From: Octopus vulgaris
Lineage: Eukaryota
Reading direction: 5' to 3'
Assembly: GCA_951406725.2 (NCBI GenBank)
Contig: OX597839.1
Coordinates: 12,896,001-12,960,000 of the forward strand
Length of the DNA stretch: 64,000 nucleotides
The translations under genes were made by a program, and so were the position numbers. Each line of letters begins with the position of its first letter. The stretch's first letter is position 1. Under the pieces are notes generated by a model. It was not told the DNA's origin. It did no database searches and worked only from the letters and a program-made list of their open reading frames with translations. Below, piece by piece: positions 13,440 to 26,400 of this stretch.

Positions 13440-13765
13440 CACTTATAATCATTTCAGTATCACTAATTATTATCTTGATTCTTTCTATTTTCAGTCCCCA
13501 GAGTGGTTATTAAAAAACAAATGTTCTCCACCATGGTGTATGTTTTGAATAAGAAGAGCATTACTACATCATTTAATATCTAAATATCTGCTTATATCAG
13601 TATTAATATCTGCTTATACCAATATTAATATGATCTTTATTTAAGCACTAAAATCTTTTAAGTGCTTAGGGCCTCTATAGGTCTTAATCCAGCCCTGTCT
13701 ACATATATATGTAGTTCAAAATATAAAGAAAAATAAACCATGAAATAAATTTTTATTTTTCAAAA
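13440..13765 (+). pseudogene. Diverged relic of the adaptor gene's terminal exon and 3' UTR, Death-domain coding part missing
   Basis: ttttcAG at 13493-13494, then tccaccatggtgtatgttttgaataagaagagcatta...aataaaccatgaaataaatttttattttt. Clearly homologous to the 3' UTR at 9740-10035. Confidence 0.6.
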
Positions 13766-13766
13766 T

Positions 13767-15745
13767 TGTTGTGGAAGGATCCTGAACACCTCCATGTGAC
13801 AAAAAAACGGACTAACGGATTTTCAATAAATAAAGAACTGTGAGAACTATCAGAAAGTTGATAGCATTGATTGTCCATATTGGTTACTGTGTTAGTTTAA
13901 TATCATAGCTAGGTTTGGAGTAGTACGGAGTGCATTCTGTGTTAACGTAATAATTCTGTGATAGGTTATTCTAGATAACCATATCCAAGTAATTATTTGG
14001 GTAATACTATTCTTACACACATGTCATAATATTTTTGGTGATGAGGATATTCGAACCCATGCTGGACAGGTTATTGTTTGAACATGGAAGATTTACTAGC
14101 TCTGGTAATTCAATTACAGAAACAGCAGCAATACCAGCAGTTGTTGGAATTGCAGAAGCAACAGCAACTGTTAGTACAATGGCTACAGAAGAAAACAGAA
14201 AATATATCAAAAGGATGTGTTATAATACTATTCCACAGTCATACCAACAATCCAATAATACTAATCCATGTATACAAAAACAGCCATACCAATAATCCAA
14301 CATATCCCCATCATCAGCTGCCCATCAGATATCATTATGGTTTTAACACCTGGGCAGTACCATTCAATCTGGCAGTGTCAACAGCACTAAAATAAGTGTT
14401 GTTTGGGAACAAGTAAACCAAAGAAACCACAACTTTCAAACACATTTACCCAATGTACAAACATATCGATAAATACATTCCATAAGTAAATTACAACCAC
14501 TCCTAATTACATAACTAAACAGCGACAGCTCTGTTAAGTCATACAAAAATTGTAATCCCAACCGTCTTCTGTAGTATAATATAAAGGTAAAAGCTTAATG
14601 ACAACTTATTTCAATCAATCAATATATAGGCAGAATGTGTAGTTCATTCTGACATGGTCGCAAACTCCATCTGAGAGTTTGTATATAACCCAGAGGAGGG
14701 TACTACTTTTCCTTCTTACTTTAGAGGGTATGAAGAAATTTTTAAAGAAGAGTGCTCTGACTAGCAAGACGATAAATCAAACCTGACTTTTGTTGAGAAA
14801 GTTGGCATCAGCCAAGCATGAGAAATATTGAAATTACATATTACCAAAGAGATCAGGTAAAGTCTGTTTTGAAGAAAATGTGAATATTCTGTCTAAGATT
14901 TTCAGCGAAAAAGCTCTTTATTTAATATGCATTGGCAATGCATGAATATTACAGAAAAATAAGATGAATATTTTATTACATATACTGGAATTGTTAATAG
15001 GGATAGAGAATGTGAGAGATTTAAAAGTAATGAGCTATATGTTTAAATATTTAATTTTCGTGAAAAGTTTAATAGCAAAGAAAATGTGGAAATTCGGAAC
15101 CAAATTCTGACTAAATTAGAGCAGAATCAGAAGCTAATATTACAAGATATATCTAAAATATCTGAGGAATGCCGATCACATATACAATTGGTGTGACCAA
15201 AGGTAAGTAATGAAAAGGAGAATATTAACCCATGTTTTAGATGTGGAGAATTACACTACAAATTTGACTGTCCTTATAAAAATTGAAAATGCTTCAAGTG
15301 TAGTAAGATAGGTCATAAAAAATCACACTTTTAAACAAAATCTAGAAAATGGTTCAACAGAAAAAAATCACGTAAACTGTTTATCAGTGACAAGAAATAA
15401 AGATGAGACTTAAAAGAAATTTATGTATGTAAAATTTAATAATACAAATGTAAAATTACAGTTAGACACAGGTAGGGACATTATTTTAATTAATGAAAAC
15501 ACATGGAAAAAAAATCAGGAAACCTTCACTACAGAAAACCTCAAAGCTTGCTCGTGGAGTCTTGAGGATTAAATTAATTTTTGAAGGTGAAATTATTTGC
15601 AATGTTACATTTCATTGTAAAACTATAAAAGCAAAAGCTTATGTATTACAAAATACAAGCATTCATTTTGAAATTGACTGGTTGTAACTGTTCAACTTTT
15701 AGCATGCCCTGCAACCCCATAACAGCTATTTGCAATAAAGAAGAA
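13767..15745 (+). mobile_element. Decayed Gypsy LTR retrotransposon: 5' LTR, PBS, gag with CCHC knuckles, aspartic protease
   Basis: TGTTGT start; PBS-like tggtgatgagga at about 14036; Q-rich gag start MEDLLALVIQLQKQQQ; CFRCGELHYKFDC and CFKCSKIGHKKSH knuckles; LQLDTG protease motif; many stops. Confidence 0.8.
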
Positions 15746-15747
15746 GT

Positions 15748-16938
15748 TTCAGGTGTGGAAGCAAGTCAGTCTAGCAAAATCTAAAGTCTTAGTAAATAGG
15801 AAGGCAGACAAATCACAATTCCCTTCAGGTAGATGGCCCTGTTTGATCTGAAGAAAAGGCATAGTTAGAAACTCCATAAGATGTACCCGATGTAAGTTAT
15901 GGACACCTAAAAGGTATAGCAATATCAAAGAAAGGTTAACGGGGAATATAGGTTTTGTGTGTGGCAGATGCACAGGAGCAATAAACACCTAAGATGTACA
16001 GAAAATAGATTCCATCACATGCCAGGGGGAAAAACTAGAAATAGTTGATAGCTTCTGTTACCTAGTTGACCAAGTCAGTAGTTGGGGTGGATGCTCTGAG
16101 AGTGTAGCTGCTACAATAAGAATAGCCTGGGTAAAGTTCAGAGAGTTCCTACATCTGCTGGTAACAAAGAGCCTCTTGCTCAGAGTGAAAGGTAGACTGT
16201 ATGATGCATGTGTGTGACCAACCATGTTATACAGGGCTGTGACTGTTGAGGACATGCACAGGCTTGAAAGAAATGAAGCTAGTATGCTCTGCTGGATGTG
16301 TAATGTCAGTGTGCATACATGACAGAGTGTAAGCGCTCTGAGAAAAAAGTTGGACATAAAAAGCATGAGATGTGGTGTGCAAGAGAGACAACTGTGCTGG
16401 TATGGTCATGTGTTGCATATGGATGCGGAGGGCTGCATGAAGAAGAGTCACACCCTAACTGTGGAAGAGGTAGACCCAGGAAGACATGGGATGAAGTGGT
16501 GAAGCATGACCTTTGAATGTTGGGCCTTACAGAGTCAATGACAAGTAACCGAGACTTTTGGTGATATGCTGTGCTTGAGAAGATCTGGCAAGCTTGTGAG
16601 ATCATAACCATGGCCAATGCCAGTGTTGTACAACCAGCCTGTTTAAAAGTACCCTTTATTCGTCAGGCAATATACTGTGCTTGTAAAGATTTGTTGAAAG
16701 ACGTGAAATTGTTGCCGTGACAGATGCCAGTGCCTCCTGACTAGCACCCGTGCCAATGGCATGTAAAAGACATCCTCTACACTCTTTGAGTGGTTGATGT
16801 TAGGAAGGGTATCCAACTGTAGAAACCTTGCCAGAATAGAGTGGAGCCTGGTGCAGTCTCCCGGCTTGCCAGTCTTCAGTCAAACCATCCAACCCATACT
16901 AGCATAGAAAATGGACGTTAAGCGATGATGATGATGAT
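15748..16938 (+). mobile_element. 5'-truncated RTE LINE with (GAT)n tail
   Basis: Colinear with 25545-26750; GRGRPRKTW motif; ends in gatgatgat. Confidence 0.85.
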
Positions 16939-17759
16939 ATATATAAGCATAAATATACATATAAACGTCTTCTTTCAGTTTCCATCTACCAAATCTACTC
17001 ACAAGGATTTGGTTGGTCCTATTTTATAGTAGAAGTCTATATTAATATAAATACATACACACAAACACACACACACATATACATATATATATGTATGTAT
17101 GTATATATATGTGTGTATATATATAGATATATATGTATATGTATGTATATATATATGTGTGCATATTTATATATATGTGTGTGTATATATATATATATAC
17201 AGAAGTGTATATATACACACACACGCATATATATATATATCATCAACATCATTCAACATCCACTCTCCATGCTGGCACGGGTTAGACAGTTTGATTGGAG
17301 TTGATATGCTGGAGAGCTGCAAGAGGTTCCACTTTGATTTGGCATGGCGTCTAAGGCTGGATGCCCTTCTTAATGCTAACCACTCCAGGAGTTTAATTGG
17401 TACTTTTATGTGCCACCACCACAGATGCTATTTACAGACACCAGCAACGATCACAATCACAATTCAGAGGTGCTATATACAGGTCACCAGCAACGACGGG
17501 TGCCATTCCACTTTGTTTTTTTGTAGTTTTTTGGTGGCCGAGTGTTAAAGTAAATATCAACCTTTTATATTTTTGGTATATATTTTAGCCTGTGTCCAGA
17601 AATCTGGAAAATCCAGAATTCTGGACCATCTCTGGTCACAAGATTGCTGGATATGAGGTTCAGTGCCTGTATATATATACGTGAGCAAATAGATATCTTT
17701 GTGAGTTTGTTGTACATTGGTATGTCCACTGATACTGACTGTCACTCGATCATGACCTT

Positions 17760-18890
17760 TATCAATATATTTGCTAGTATATTTATCTGATTTTACAGAT
17801 GCACATATCTCTACATTAAAATGACCTCCTTTTTTGACTAAAAAGAAGTGAGGAATATGGTACTACTGAACGATTATCTAATTCAATATTCGACTTTGTA
17901 AATGTAAAAACCATTATTTCGACATCGCTAAAGTGGATAGCCATTATACCTGTGTAATGTATTTTCCTGAAAGTCTTTAGGGAAATGTTCCTTACATTTC
18001 CCATCAACCATACATGTTGCATTGGATTTATCTCTCCCACATGAAGCATCTAGCATGTTGTTGGTGACATGTCGAAACAGAATTGGCTGTGTTTGTGGAT
18101 TGGAAGTTCTGCATAAACGAATTTATCATAATGTTCTGGATCTCTTTTTAATACAAACAACATATGACAATGGAGTAGCACATGCTTTTGAAACTCTATA
18201 GTCCACATGTACCCTGCAACCTCTCCCACATGTAACCTACAACCTCTTCCACATGTATTCTGTAATCTCTTCCACATGTACCCTACAACCTCTTCCACGT
18301 GTATTCTGTAACCTCTCCCACATGTACCCTGCAACCTCTCCCACATGTACCCTGCAACCTCTTCCACGTGTATTCTGTAACCTCTTCCACATGTACCCTA
18401 CAACTTCTCCCACATGTACCCTGCAACCTCTCCCACATGTACCCTGCAACCTCTCCCACATGTACCCTACAACCTCTTCCACGTGTATTCTGTAACCTCT
18501 TCCACATGTACCCTACAACTTCTCCCACATGTACTCTGCAACCTCTCCCACATGTACCCTGCAACCTCTTCCCCATGCACCCTGCAACCTCTCCCACATG
18601 TACCCTGCAATCACTCCCACATGTTCTCTGCAACCTCTCCCAAAACATTCTTCTCCAAAACATCATGCAAGAGTTCCCAAACTTTCATATTAAATATTCT
18701 GTCAGTTAACTCTGGTCTGTCTGCTAGTGTCTGTCCTGGATAAACTTCATCTGTGATACTGGTCGAGCGACAAAAATTCTGACACGAAATGAAAATTAAA
18801 TTACGGCGATGTACTTACGTAGAAAGTACTTTGATCTGTGATCATGTGCTGAAACAATATCAGTTGCGGCGTGGAAGATGATTATCAGCC
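17760..18890 (-). mobile_element. Helitron Rep (RepHel) coding fragment, degenerate
   Basis: In order: GQTLADRPELTDRIFNMK, IEFQKHVLLHCHML (compare EFQKRGLPHAH, HUH motif), AELP, GEINP, DNRSVVPY. Confidence 0.75.
18203..18640. repeat. Tandem repeat with about 22-bp unit (cacatgtaccctgcaacctctcc), about 20 copies
   Basis: Direct inspection; source of the repetitive ORFs in both directions. Confidence 0.92.
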
Positions 18891-19309
18891 ATTTAAGAAA
18901 ATAAACAGGGAGAGAATGATAAAAATTTGTAGAGTTCAGCAGTCCAACATGGTGAACATATGTATGTATCTGTGTGTCTGTGTCCCCACCACCATCGCTT
19001 GTCAACAGATGTTGGTGTGTTTACATCCCTGTAACTTAGCAGTTTGGCAAAAGAGTCTGATAGAATAAGTACTAGGCTTACAAAGAATAACTCCTGGGGT
19101 TGATTTGTTCAACTAAAGGCAATGCTCCAGCATGGCTGCAGTGAACTGACTGAAACAGGTAAATGAATAATTGTGTGCATGCATGAGAGAGAGAGAAACT
19201 GATGACCTAAATACAATTATGTAATTGAAATCATCTCTTGTATCAGTGACTGCCACTACTACCCACTCCCACTCTGTCATTCACTTTTTTTCCTCACCTG
19301 CGTGAACAG

Positions 19310-19391
19310 CTACATATATAAGCTATATATTGTATTTCTTGTGCTGTAGCTTCTTGTTGAACGTCATTCACAGAAAATAGTTGGGACCACC
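19310..19391 (+). promoter_or_regulatory. Putative core promoter (TATA-like TATATAAG) and 5' UTR of paralogue 2
   Basis: TATATAAG at about 19315-19322, roughly 70 nt upstream of the Kozak ATG. Inferred from position only. Confidence 0.35.
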
Positions 19392-19417
19392 ATGGATGAA
19401 TCCAGAGAAATGCATCG
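19392..19417 (+). CDS. Death-domain adaptor paralogue 2, first coding exon (MDESREMH-R)
   Basis: Strong Kozak context ACCACCATGG. Donor CG/GTTAGT gives phase 2, matching the phase-2 start of exon 22788. Confidence 0.7.
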
Positions 19418-19538
19418 GTTAGTTAACTTTTCAAATAAGTTTTAGTTTTAAATAACCTCATTCTTTTTGTTAGTTTATATTCTGTGCCTGTTAGATCTCT
19501 ATCGAATCCTGAAACTTTCTTATCTTAAAATGAACTAT

Positions 19539-20012
19539 CTTAATACTGTACTGCCAACCAGGAAGTACCAGCACTCCATATAACTTATAACTTTTTGATT
19601 TTTTTGGAATTTTCTGAAAATTTTAGTGATCTTGTGTTCTATACATGGGAATTCATATGTGTTCTATACACAGGAATTCAAATGATTATGAAAACTTAAT
19701 ACTGTACTGCCAACCAGGAAGTACCAGCACTCCATAAAACCACTTATAACTTTTTGATTTTTTGGAATTTTCTGAAAATTTTAGTGATCTTGTGTTCTAT
19801 ACATGGGAATTCATATGTGTTCTATACACAGGAATTCATATGTGTTCTATACACAGGAATCCAAATGATTATGAAAACTTAATACTGTACTGCCAACCAG
19901 GAAGTACCAGCACTCCATAAAACCTCTTATAACTTTTTGATTTTTTGGAATTTTCAGAAAATTTTTGTGTGTTTGTGTTCTATACATAGGAATTCTTATG
20001 TTTATGAAAACT
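19539..20012 (+). repeat. Three tandem copies of a 155-180-bp unit in intron 1 of paralogue 2
   Basis: cttaatactgtactgccaaccaggaagtaccagcactccat at about 19539, 19696 and 19877. Confidence 0.9.
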
Positions 20013-20754
20013 AAAACATTTGGTGTGTGCGTTTAAGGCAATATAACTTTATTTTAGCACAGCTCACTAATACCTCATGTCTTCCTTGCACTGACATTTA
20101 TTGATGTTTTTCAACGTTTTTCTCCCCATAAACACATTTAATGGAATGATGATGCACTCAAGGGTGGTTAATTGCTGGAATTTATTAATAAGAAAAAAAA
20201 TTGAAAAAGTTTCAACTTTTAGGAGTAGAGTTAAAAAAAATTAAGAAAAGAAAATTTTTTTTCATAATCATATATGGAGGCATGGCTGTGTGGTGAGAAG
20301 CATAGTTCGCAACCACATGGTTCTGGGTTCAGTCCCATTACATGGCACCTCAAGTAAGTGTTTTCTATTATATTCTCAGGCCAACCAAAGACTCAAGAAT
20401 GGATTTGGTAGATGGAAACTGAAAGAAGCCCACATATATATGGCTATTTATATACATGTATATATAAATGTAGCCATGTGTGTGTGTCTTTATGTCTATG
20501 ATTGTCCACCCGTCATCACTTGACAACTGGTATTGGTGTGATTATGTCACTGTAACTTTGCAGTCCAGCAAAAGTGACTGATAGAATAAATGCCAGGCTT
20601 AAAAATAAGCACTGGAATTGATTTGTGACCCCTTCAAGGTGATACTGTAGTATGGGCTCAATCAAATGACTGAAACAACTAAAAAAAATAAGGAACAAAT
20701 TCATCATTCCATTAAAAGTCCCATCATTATACGTTGGGGCCCACACTGTAAGCA

Positions 20755-20793
<39 letters not shown>

Positions 20794-21345
20794 CAATAAG
20801 AAAATGGAGGGGATCAATAGGTGGTTCATCAACTTTTAGACACTATATTATAAATAAAGAAGTTAACATAACACAATGTGATGAACCACCTCTTGATCCC
20901 CTCTATTTTCTAATTGCTCTATAAATTAATGGTAAAATATCTCTTTACCTTCACCCATTTAGTACACTAGGTAAAGTAATTGCAATGCAATAAAAAACAC
21001 TTGTGTATTAATAATTGGGTATTCTACCAACAGTATATTGGATAAATTTTATCCATTAGTGGGTTGCATTCATAACCTCTAACTTTCTTGGAGTTGTGGC
21101 ACATAAAAAGCACCATCCGATCGTGGCCGTTTGCCAGACTCGTCTGGCACCTGTGCCGGTGGCACGTAAAAAGCACCCACTACACTCATGGAGTGGTTGG
21201 TGTTAGGAAGGGCAACCAGCCGTAGAAACATTGCCAGATCAGACTGGGCCTGGTGCAGCCTTCTGGCTTCCCAGACCCCAGTTGCACCGTCCAACCCATG
21301 CCAGCATGGAAAGCGGATGCTAAACGATGATGATGATGATGATGA

Positions 21346-21381
<36 letters not shown>

Positions 21382-22787
21382 CAAGTAGGGGCTCATCAAG
21401 GATCATTCTTCAGCCCCCTCTTGTTTATCATAGTCCTTCAGGCAATAACAAAGGAATTTAGGACAGGCTGCCCCAGGGAGCCATGTTTGAGAAGACCTGC
21501 CAAGAATAGTGGAATCGTAGTTATGGCTGATGCTGGTGTCATGTAACAGGCCCCTGTACCAGTGACATGTAAAAAGCACCCTTCACAGAGAGTGTTAATC
21601 TCTAACTGTGGAGGGAGCCTGTGGAAGAGGTTGACTAAGACCATTTGTGATACACTGTTATTCAGAAAACTGAAACCTTCGGTGATATGCTATGTTTTCA
21701 GAAGACCTGTCAAGCCAAATGAAATCATAGCTGTGGCCAATGCCTATTTTTTACATAATGAATTTGCCTACCAATATATATTGTTCTACTTTGTACAAAA
21801 CTTTAGCTATATTGGTATTTCTGGCTTGATTACTAAACGCATAGAAAAGATGTTATACTTAGTAGATGGAAGAAAATGGGTATACAAGAGACACATAAAT
21901 CAACTAAAAGATTCGTTGAGTGTGAACCCAAGAGAATGGAAGAACCAATGGAATGGTTATATGACATTTTTCAAGTGCCAATGCCAATACAAATAACCCA
22001 GATGCACAAGAAAAAGAAAATATATATAGTTCCAGGAAGTGGATGCCAAACGAAAAATATATTAAACTTGTAACTGTATGGAAAAAAACCCACTCAAGTT
22101 GGATGATGTAAAAATTATTGTTAATAAAAAGAAATGAAATTACTCTCCTTAAGAAAAAAAACTTAAAAGGGAGATGTTACGGGAATAATAATAATAATGG
22201 AACACGCCTCCCATGAGATAAGTGGTATGTGCAAGTCGTTACAAATACTGTGACATAAGAAGTCAAGTCATCAAGAAGTTGGAGAAGTCAGTCATAGATA
22301 GTCAAGTCTTACTTGTCTAACTAATTATACTGCTATCCCAGAGTGGATGTTACAACAGTCTGACATATGATTACAACAGGATCAATAAAATAAGTACCAA
22401 TTGAACACTGTGGTTGATTTAATCGACTTCGTCCTTTCCCCAAAACTGATGACCTTATGCCAAAATTTGAAACCAATATAAAGAATAAATTAATTTGATA
22501 AATAATATCAGTTCAATTTTACTTCTGTAAAACAAAAACTTATGAATCTGTTGTTCAACACTGAAAAATGACTATGACAAAGACTTCACCTTTCAACTAA
22601 GAAAATGTATTTTGTATGTAGTTTATTTTAAGATATTTTTGTTTCTTCTCACTCTCCATAACTACATTTCCTGACCACTCCTTTTCCACCTCCAACTGTG
22701 TAATATATTTACACATAAATGTATACATGTATGTTTGTGGAATGAACTCATAATGGATATTTTATTTATCTTTCATTTCCATTCCAG

Positions 22788-23167
22788 CAAAGACGAAACT
22801 TTACCAGCCAATTCAAAAACTGTAATGTCCAGTAGTAACTCTGATACATTACTCAGTAGTGAAGATGTAAAAGGGAACAATAATGTAGTACCCAAGCCTA
22901 CAGAAGAAGGCAACGATAAAATAAGAGAAATACCCAAATCTAATGAAGCTAGTCGCATTGAAACTGACGCGCTACCTGTACCTTGTAACAATTCCAGCAA
23001 GAATACTTGCAATGAGCTTTCCAATAGAGGAGCTTGTAGTGCTAATGTTCAAGAAGTAACAGACATTGATACTGATATGAAGAACGTTTCCGTTAATTCC
23101 CCAAACGACTCTTTTAATACCATTCAACCTTCAATTAAAAATACATCCCAAATATTTCATCAAGGCT
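22788..23167 (+). CDS. Death-domain adaptor paralogue 2, coding exon 2 (contains IETD/ALPV)
   Basis: Same acceptor and donor as 3523-3896; 380 nt, within ORF 22735-23262. KDETLPANSK...SRIETDALPVPC...QIFHQG. Confidence 0.85.
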
Positions 23168-23468
23168 GTAAGCACCATTCTTTTTATATTTTCTTAGATA
23201 ACTTCACCATCATTACTTTGCTATCATTACTTTGTTGTTGCTTCCCTATCATCATTACTTAATAATCATTACTCATTATGTTGTCATCACTACTTTTCCA
23301 TCATTTCTTTATTATCATTACTTTGTAATTATTACCATTTTTACTTTGTTAGTAATACTTTGGCCATTTTTGCTAAACTGCTAAGTTTGGGGACATCAGT
23401 TGTCAGGTGATGGTGGCGGGACAAACATAAGCACAACCATATACATACATACATACATTTATATATAT

Positions 23469-26400
23469 GAGATCGTCGAGATGCTTGAATGGAGATGTGT
23501 TGATATATGTTGCATCCAAGAGGTAAGGTGGAGAGGAGGCTCTGCTAGGTTCCTCACAGGCAAAGAACACAGGTACAAGATTTTCTGGGCAGGGAACACT
23601 GACAGGGTTGGGGGTGTGGGTATACTTCTCACTGAAAAATGGGTAGATAAGGTAATTGAGGTAATTAGAGTATGTGACAGAATACTTAAGATTAGATTAG
23701 TGCTTCATCATGGATTAGCAACCATTATATCGGCCTATGCCCCTCAGCTGGGGCTACCTGATGGACAGAAAGACCGATTCTATGACACCCTACTGCAGAC
23801 TACCTCGTTGACGAACGACAGAGACCTCCTTGTAGCTGGTGACTTCAATGGGCATGCTGGACAACATGCTGAGGGCTTCCATGGTGTACATGGAGGCTAT
23901 GGTTATGGTTCCCGCAACAAGGAGGGAACCAGGTTGCTGGAGTTCTGTGGTGCAAATGATCTTATGGTTTGCAACACAAACTTCAGGAAACCTACCAGCC
24001 ACCTAGTCACCTACCGATCGGGCCGACATTCTAGCCAAATTGACTACATCCTTGCCAGGAAAAGGGAAAGATGGTTGCTTATAAATGCCAAAACCTTCCC
24101 GGACAAAGAATGTACCCCACAACATAGACTGGTAGTTAGTGACTTTAGGATCAGGACTAAGAGGACAACCAGAAGACGACCAACATAGAGAAGAAGGATC
24201 TGGAAGCTTAAAGATCCTGTGAATGGACAGAGATTTAGGGACATATTACTTGAAGCCTTTGACGAAGTAGAAGGGGATATAGCTTCACATGAGGTAGAAG
24301 ACAACTGGAAGTTTCTATGAGACAACCTGCTGAGAGCCACTGACCAGATCTGTGGTTGGTGCAAAGTCCCCTCACGACCCAAAATAACGTGGTGGTAGAA
24401 CAATGCTGTAGACAGAGCTATTAGAGAAAAGAGACAGGCTTTGAAGGACTGGAAGAATGGTGGTAGCAGGGAATTGTATCAGACTGCCAAAAAAGAAGCT
24501 AGGAGACAGGTCTATTTAGCCAGAGGGGAAGCAGATAAGAAAAAATTTGCCAATGTTCTGCTCCATGAGGACAAAAGACAAAGTATTTCGTGTTGCAAGA
24601 CAGTGTGTGAGAGAGAATTGTGATGAGGTAGGAGAGAAATGTGTTCGCATGGATGATGGTTCACTTGTGCTAAATGAGGATGCAAAGAGAGAGGTTTGGA
24701 GACGCCACTATGAAAGGTTGCTGAATAAAGAAAATGAATGGGATAAAGAGAGTCTGCCGAATGTCGACCCAACAGAGGGATCAGCTATCGGAGTTGACAG
24801 TTCCTTGGTAGTTAAGGCAATTAGAAGCATGAAGACAGGGAAAGCCCCAGGCTCATCAGGAATTACTGCAGAGATGCTCAAAATATCTGGTAGTGTCGGC
24901 TATAGCCTTGTCACCCGTATAGTTAACCAGGTGATACACAAAGGAGTCATACCCAATGACTGGTGTAGCAGCATAATAGTCAACTGCTACAAAGGTAAAG
25001 GTGACGCCCTAGATACAAATAATTACAGAAGTATCAAGCTGTTGGATCAGGTAATGAAAGTTACGGAGAGGGTCATAGCTCAACTAATTAGAGAGAGAGT
25101 TAGTTTAGATGAGATGCAGTTTGGTTTTGTGCCAGGGAAAAGTACCACTGATGCTATATTCCTGGTAAGACAGCTGCAGGAGAAATACCTAGCCAAAGAT
25201 AAGCCTCTGTACCTGGCTTTTGTTGACATGGAGAAAGCCTTCGACAGGGTCCCCCGATCCCTTATCTGGTGGTCAATGAGGAAACTAGGGATAGATGAAT
25301 GGTTAGTGAGAGCTATGCAAGCCACGTACAGGGATGCTGCTAGTAAGGTGAGGCTTGGCAACGAGTACAGTGAAGAATTCCGGGTAGAGGTAGGGGTCCA
25401 CCAAGGTTCAGTCCTCAGCCCCCTCCTATTTATCATAGTCCTCCAGGCAATAACGGAGGAATTCAAGACAGGATGCCCCTGGAAGCTCCTCTATGCTGAT
25501 GACCTTGCTCTAATTGCAGAGTCACTATCCACAACTAGAGGAGAAGTTTCAGGTGTGGAAGCAAGGATTAGAATTGAAGGGCCTTAGAGTCAACCTAGCT
25601 AAAACCAAAGTCCTAATAAGGAGGAAAGTAGACAAATCACAAACACCTTCAGGTAGATGGCCTTGCTCAATCTGTAGATAAGGCGTAGGTAGAAACCCTA
25701 TAAGATGCACCAAGTGTAAGCTATGGACACATAAGAGGTGCAGCAATGTCAAAGGAAGGCTAACTAGGAAGATAGTTTTTGTATGTGGCAGATGCTCAGG
25801 AGCAATAAACACTGAAAATGCGCAGAGATCAACTTCCGCCACATTTCAGGGAGAAAAACTAGAAATAGTTGATAGTTTCCGTTACCTAGGTGACCAAGTC
25901 AGTAGCGGGTGTGCTGAAAGTGTAACTGCTAGAGTAAGAATAGCCTGGGCAAAGTTCAGAGAGCTCTTACCTCTGCTGGTGACAAAAGTCCTCTCGCTCA
26001 GAATAAAAGGCAGACTGTATGACGCATGTGTACGAACAGCCATGTTACATGGCAGTGATACATCGGCCGTGACTGCTGCGGATATGCGTAAGCTCGCAAG
26101 AAATGAAGCCAGTATGCCCCGATGGATGTGTAATGTCAGTGTTCATACTCGACAGAGTGTAAGTACCTTCAGAGAAAAGTTGGACCTAAGAAGCATCAGT
26201 TGTGGTGTGCAAGAGAGACGTTTGCACTGGTATGGTCATGTGGGAAAAAAGAATGAAGATAGTTGTGTGAAAAAGTGCCACACCCTAGCGGTTGAGGGAA
26301 CCTGTGGAAGAGGGAGACCCAGGAAAACCTGGGACGAGATGGTGAAGCATGACCTTCGAAATTTAGGTCTCACCGAGGAAATGACTAGAGACCGAGACCT

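Noticed and set aside
14078-14395. Q-rich cellular gene
   Set aside because: Follows an LTR/PBS-like region and precedes zinc knuckles and a protease motif; it is Gypsy gag.
18050-18743. Repetitive Cys/Gly or Pro/His ORFs as a structural protein
   Set aside because: Unit lengths are mostly not multiples of 3 and ORFs open in many frames; explained by a tandem repeat inside a Helitron fragment.
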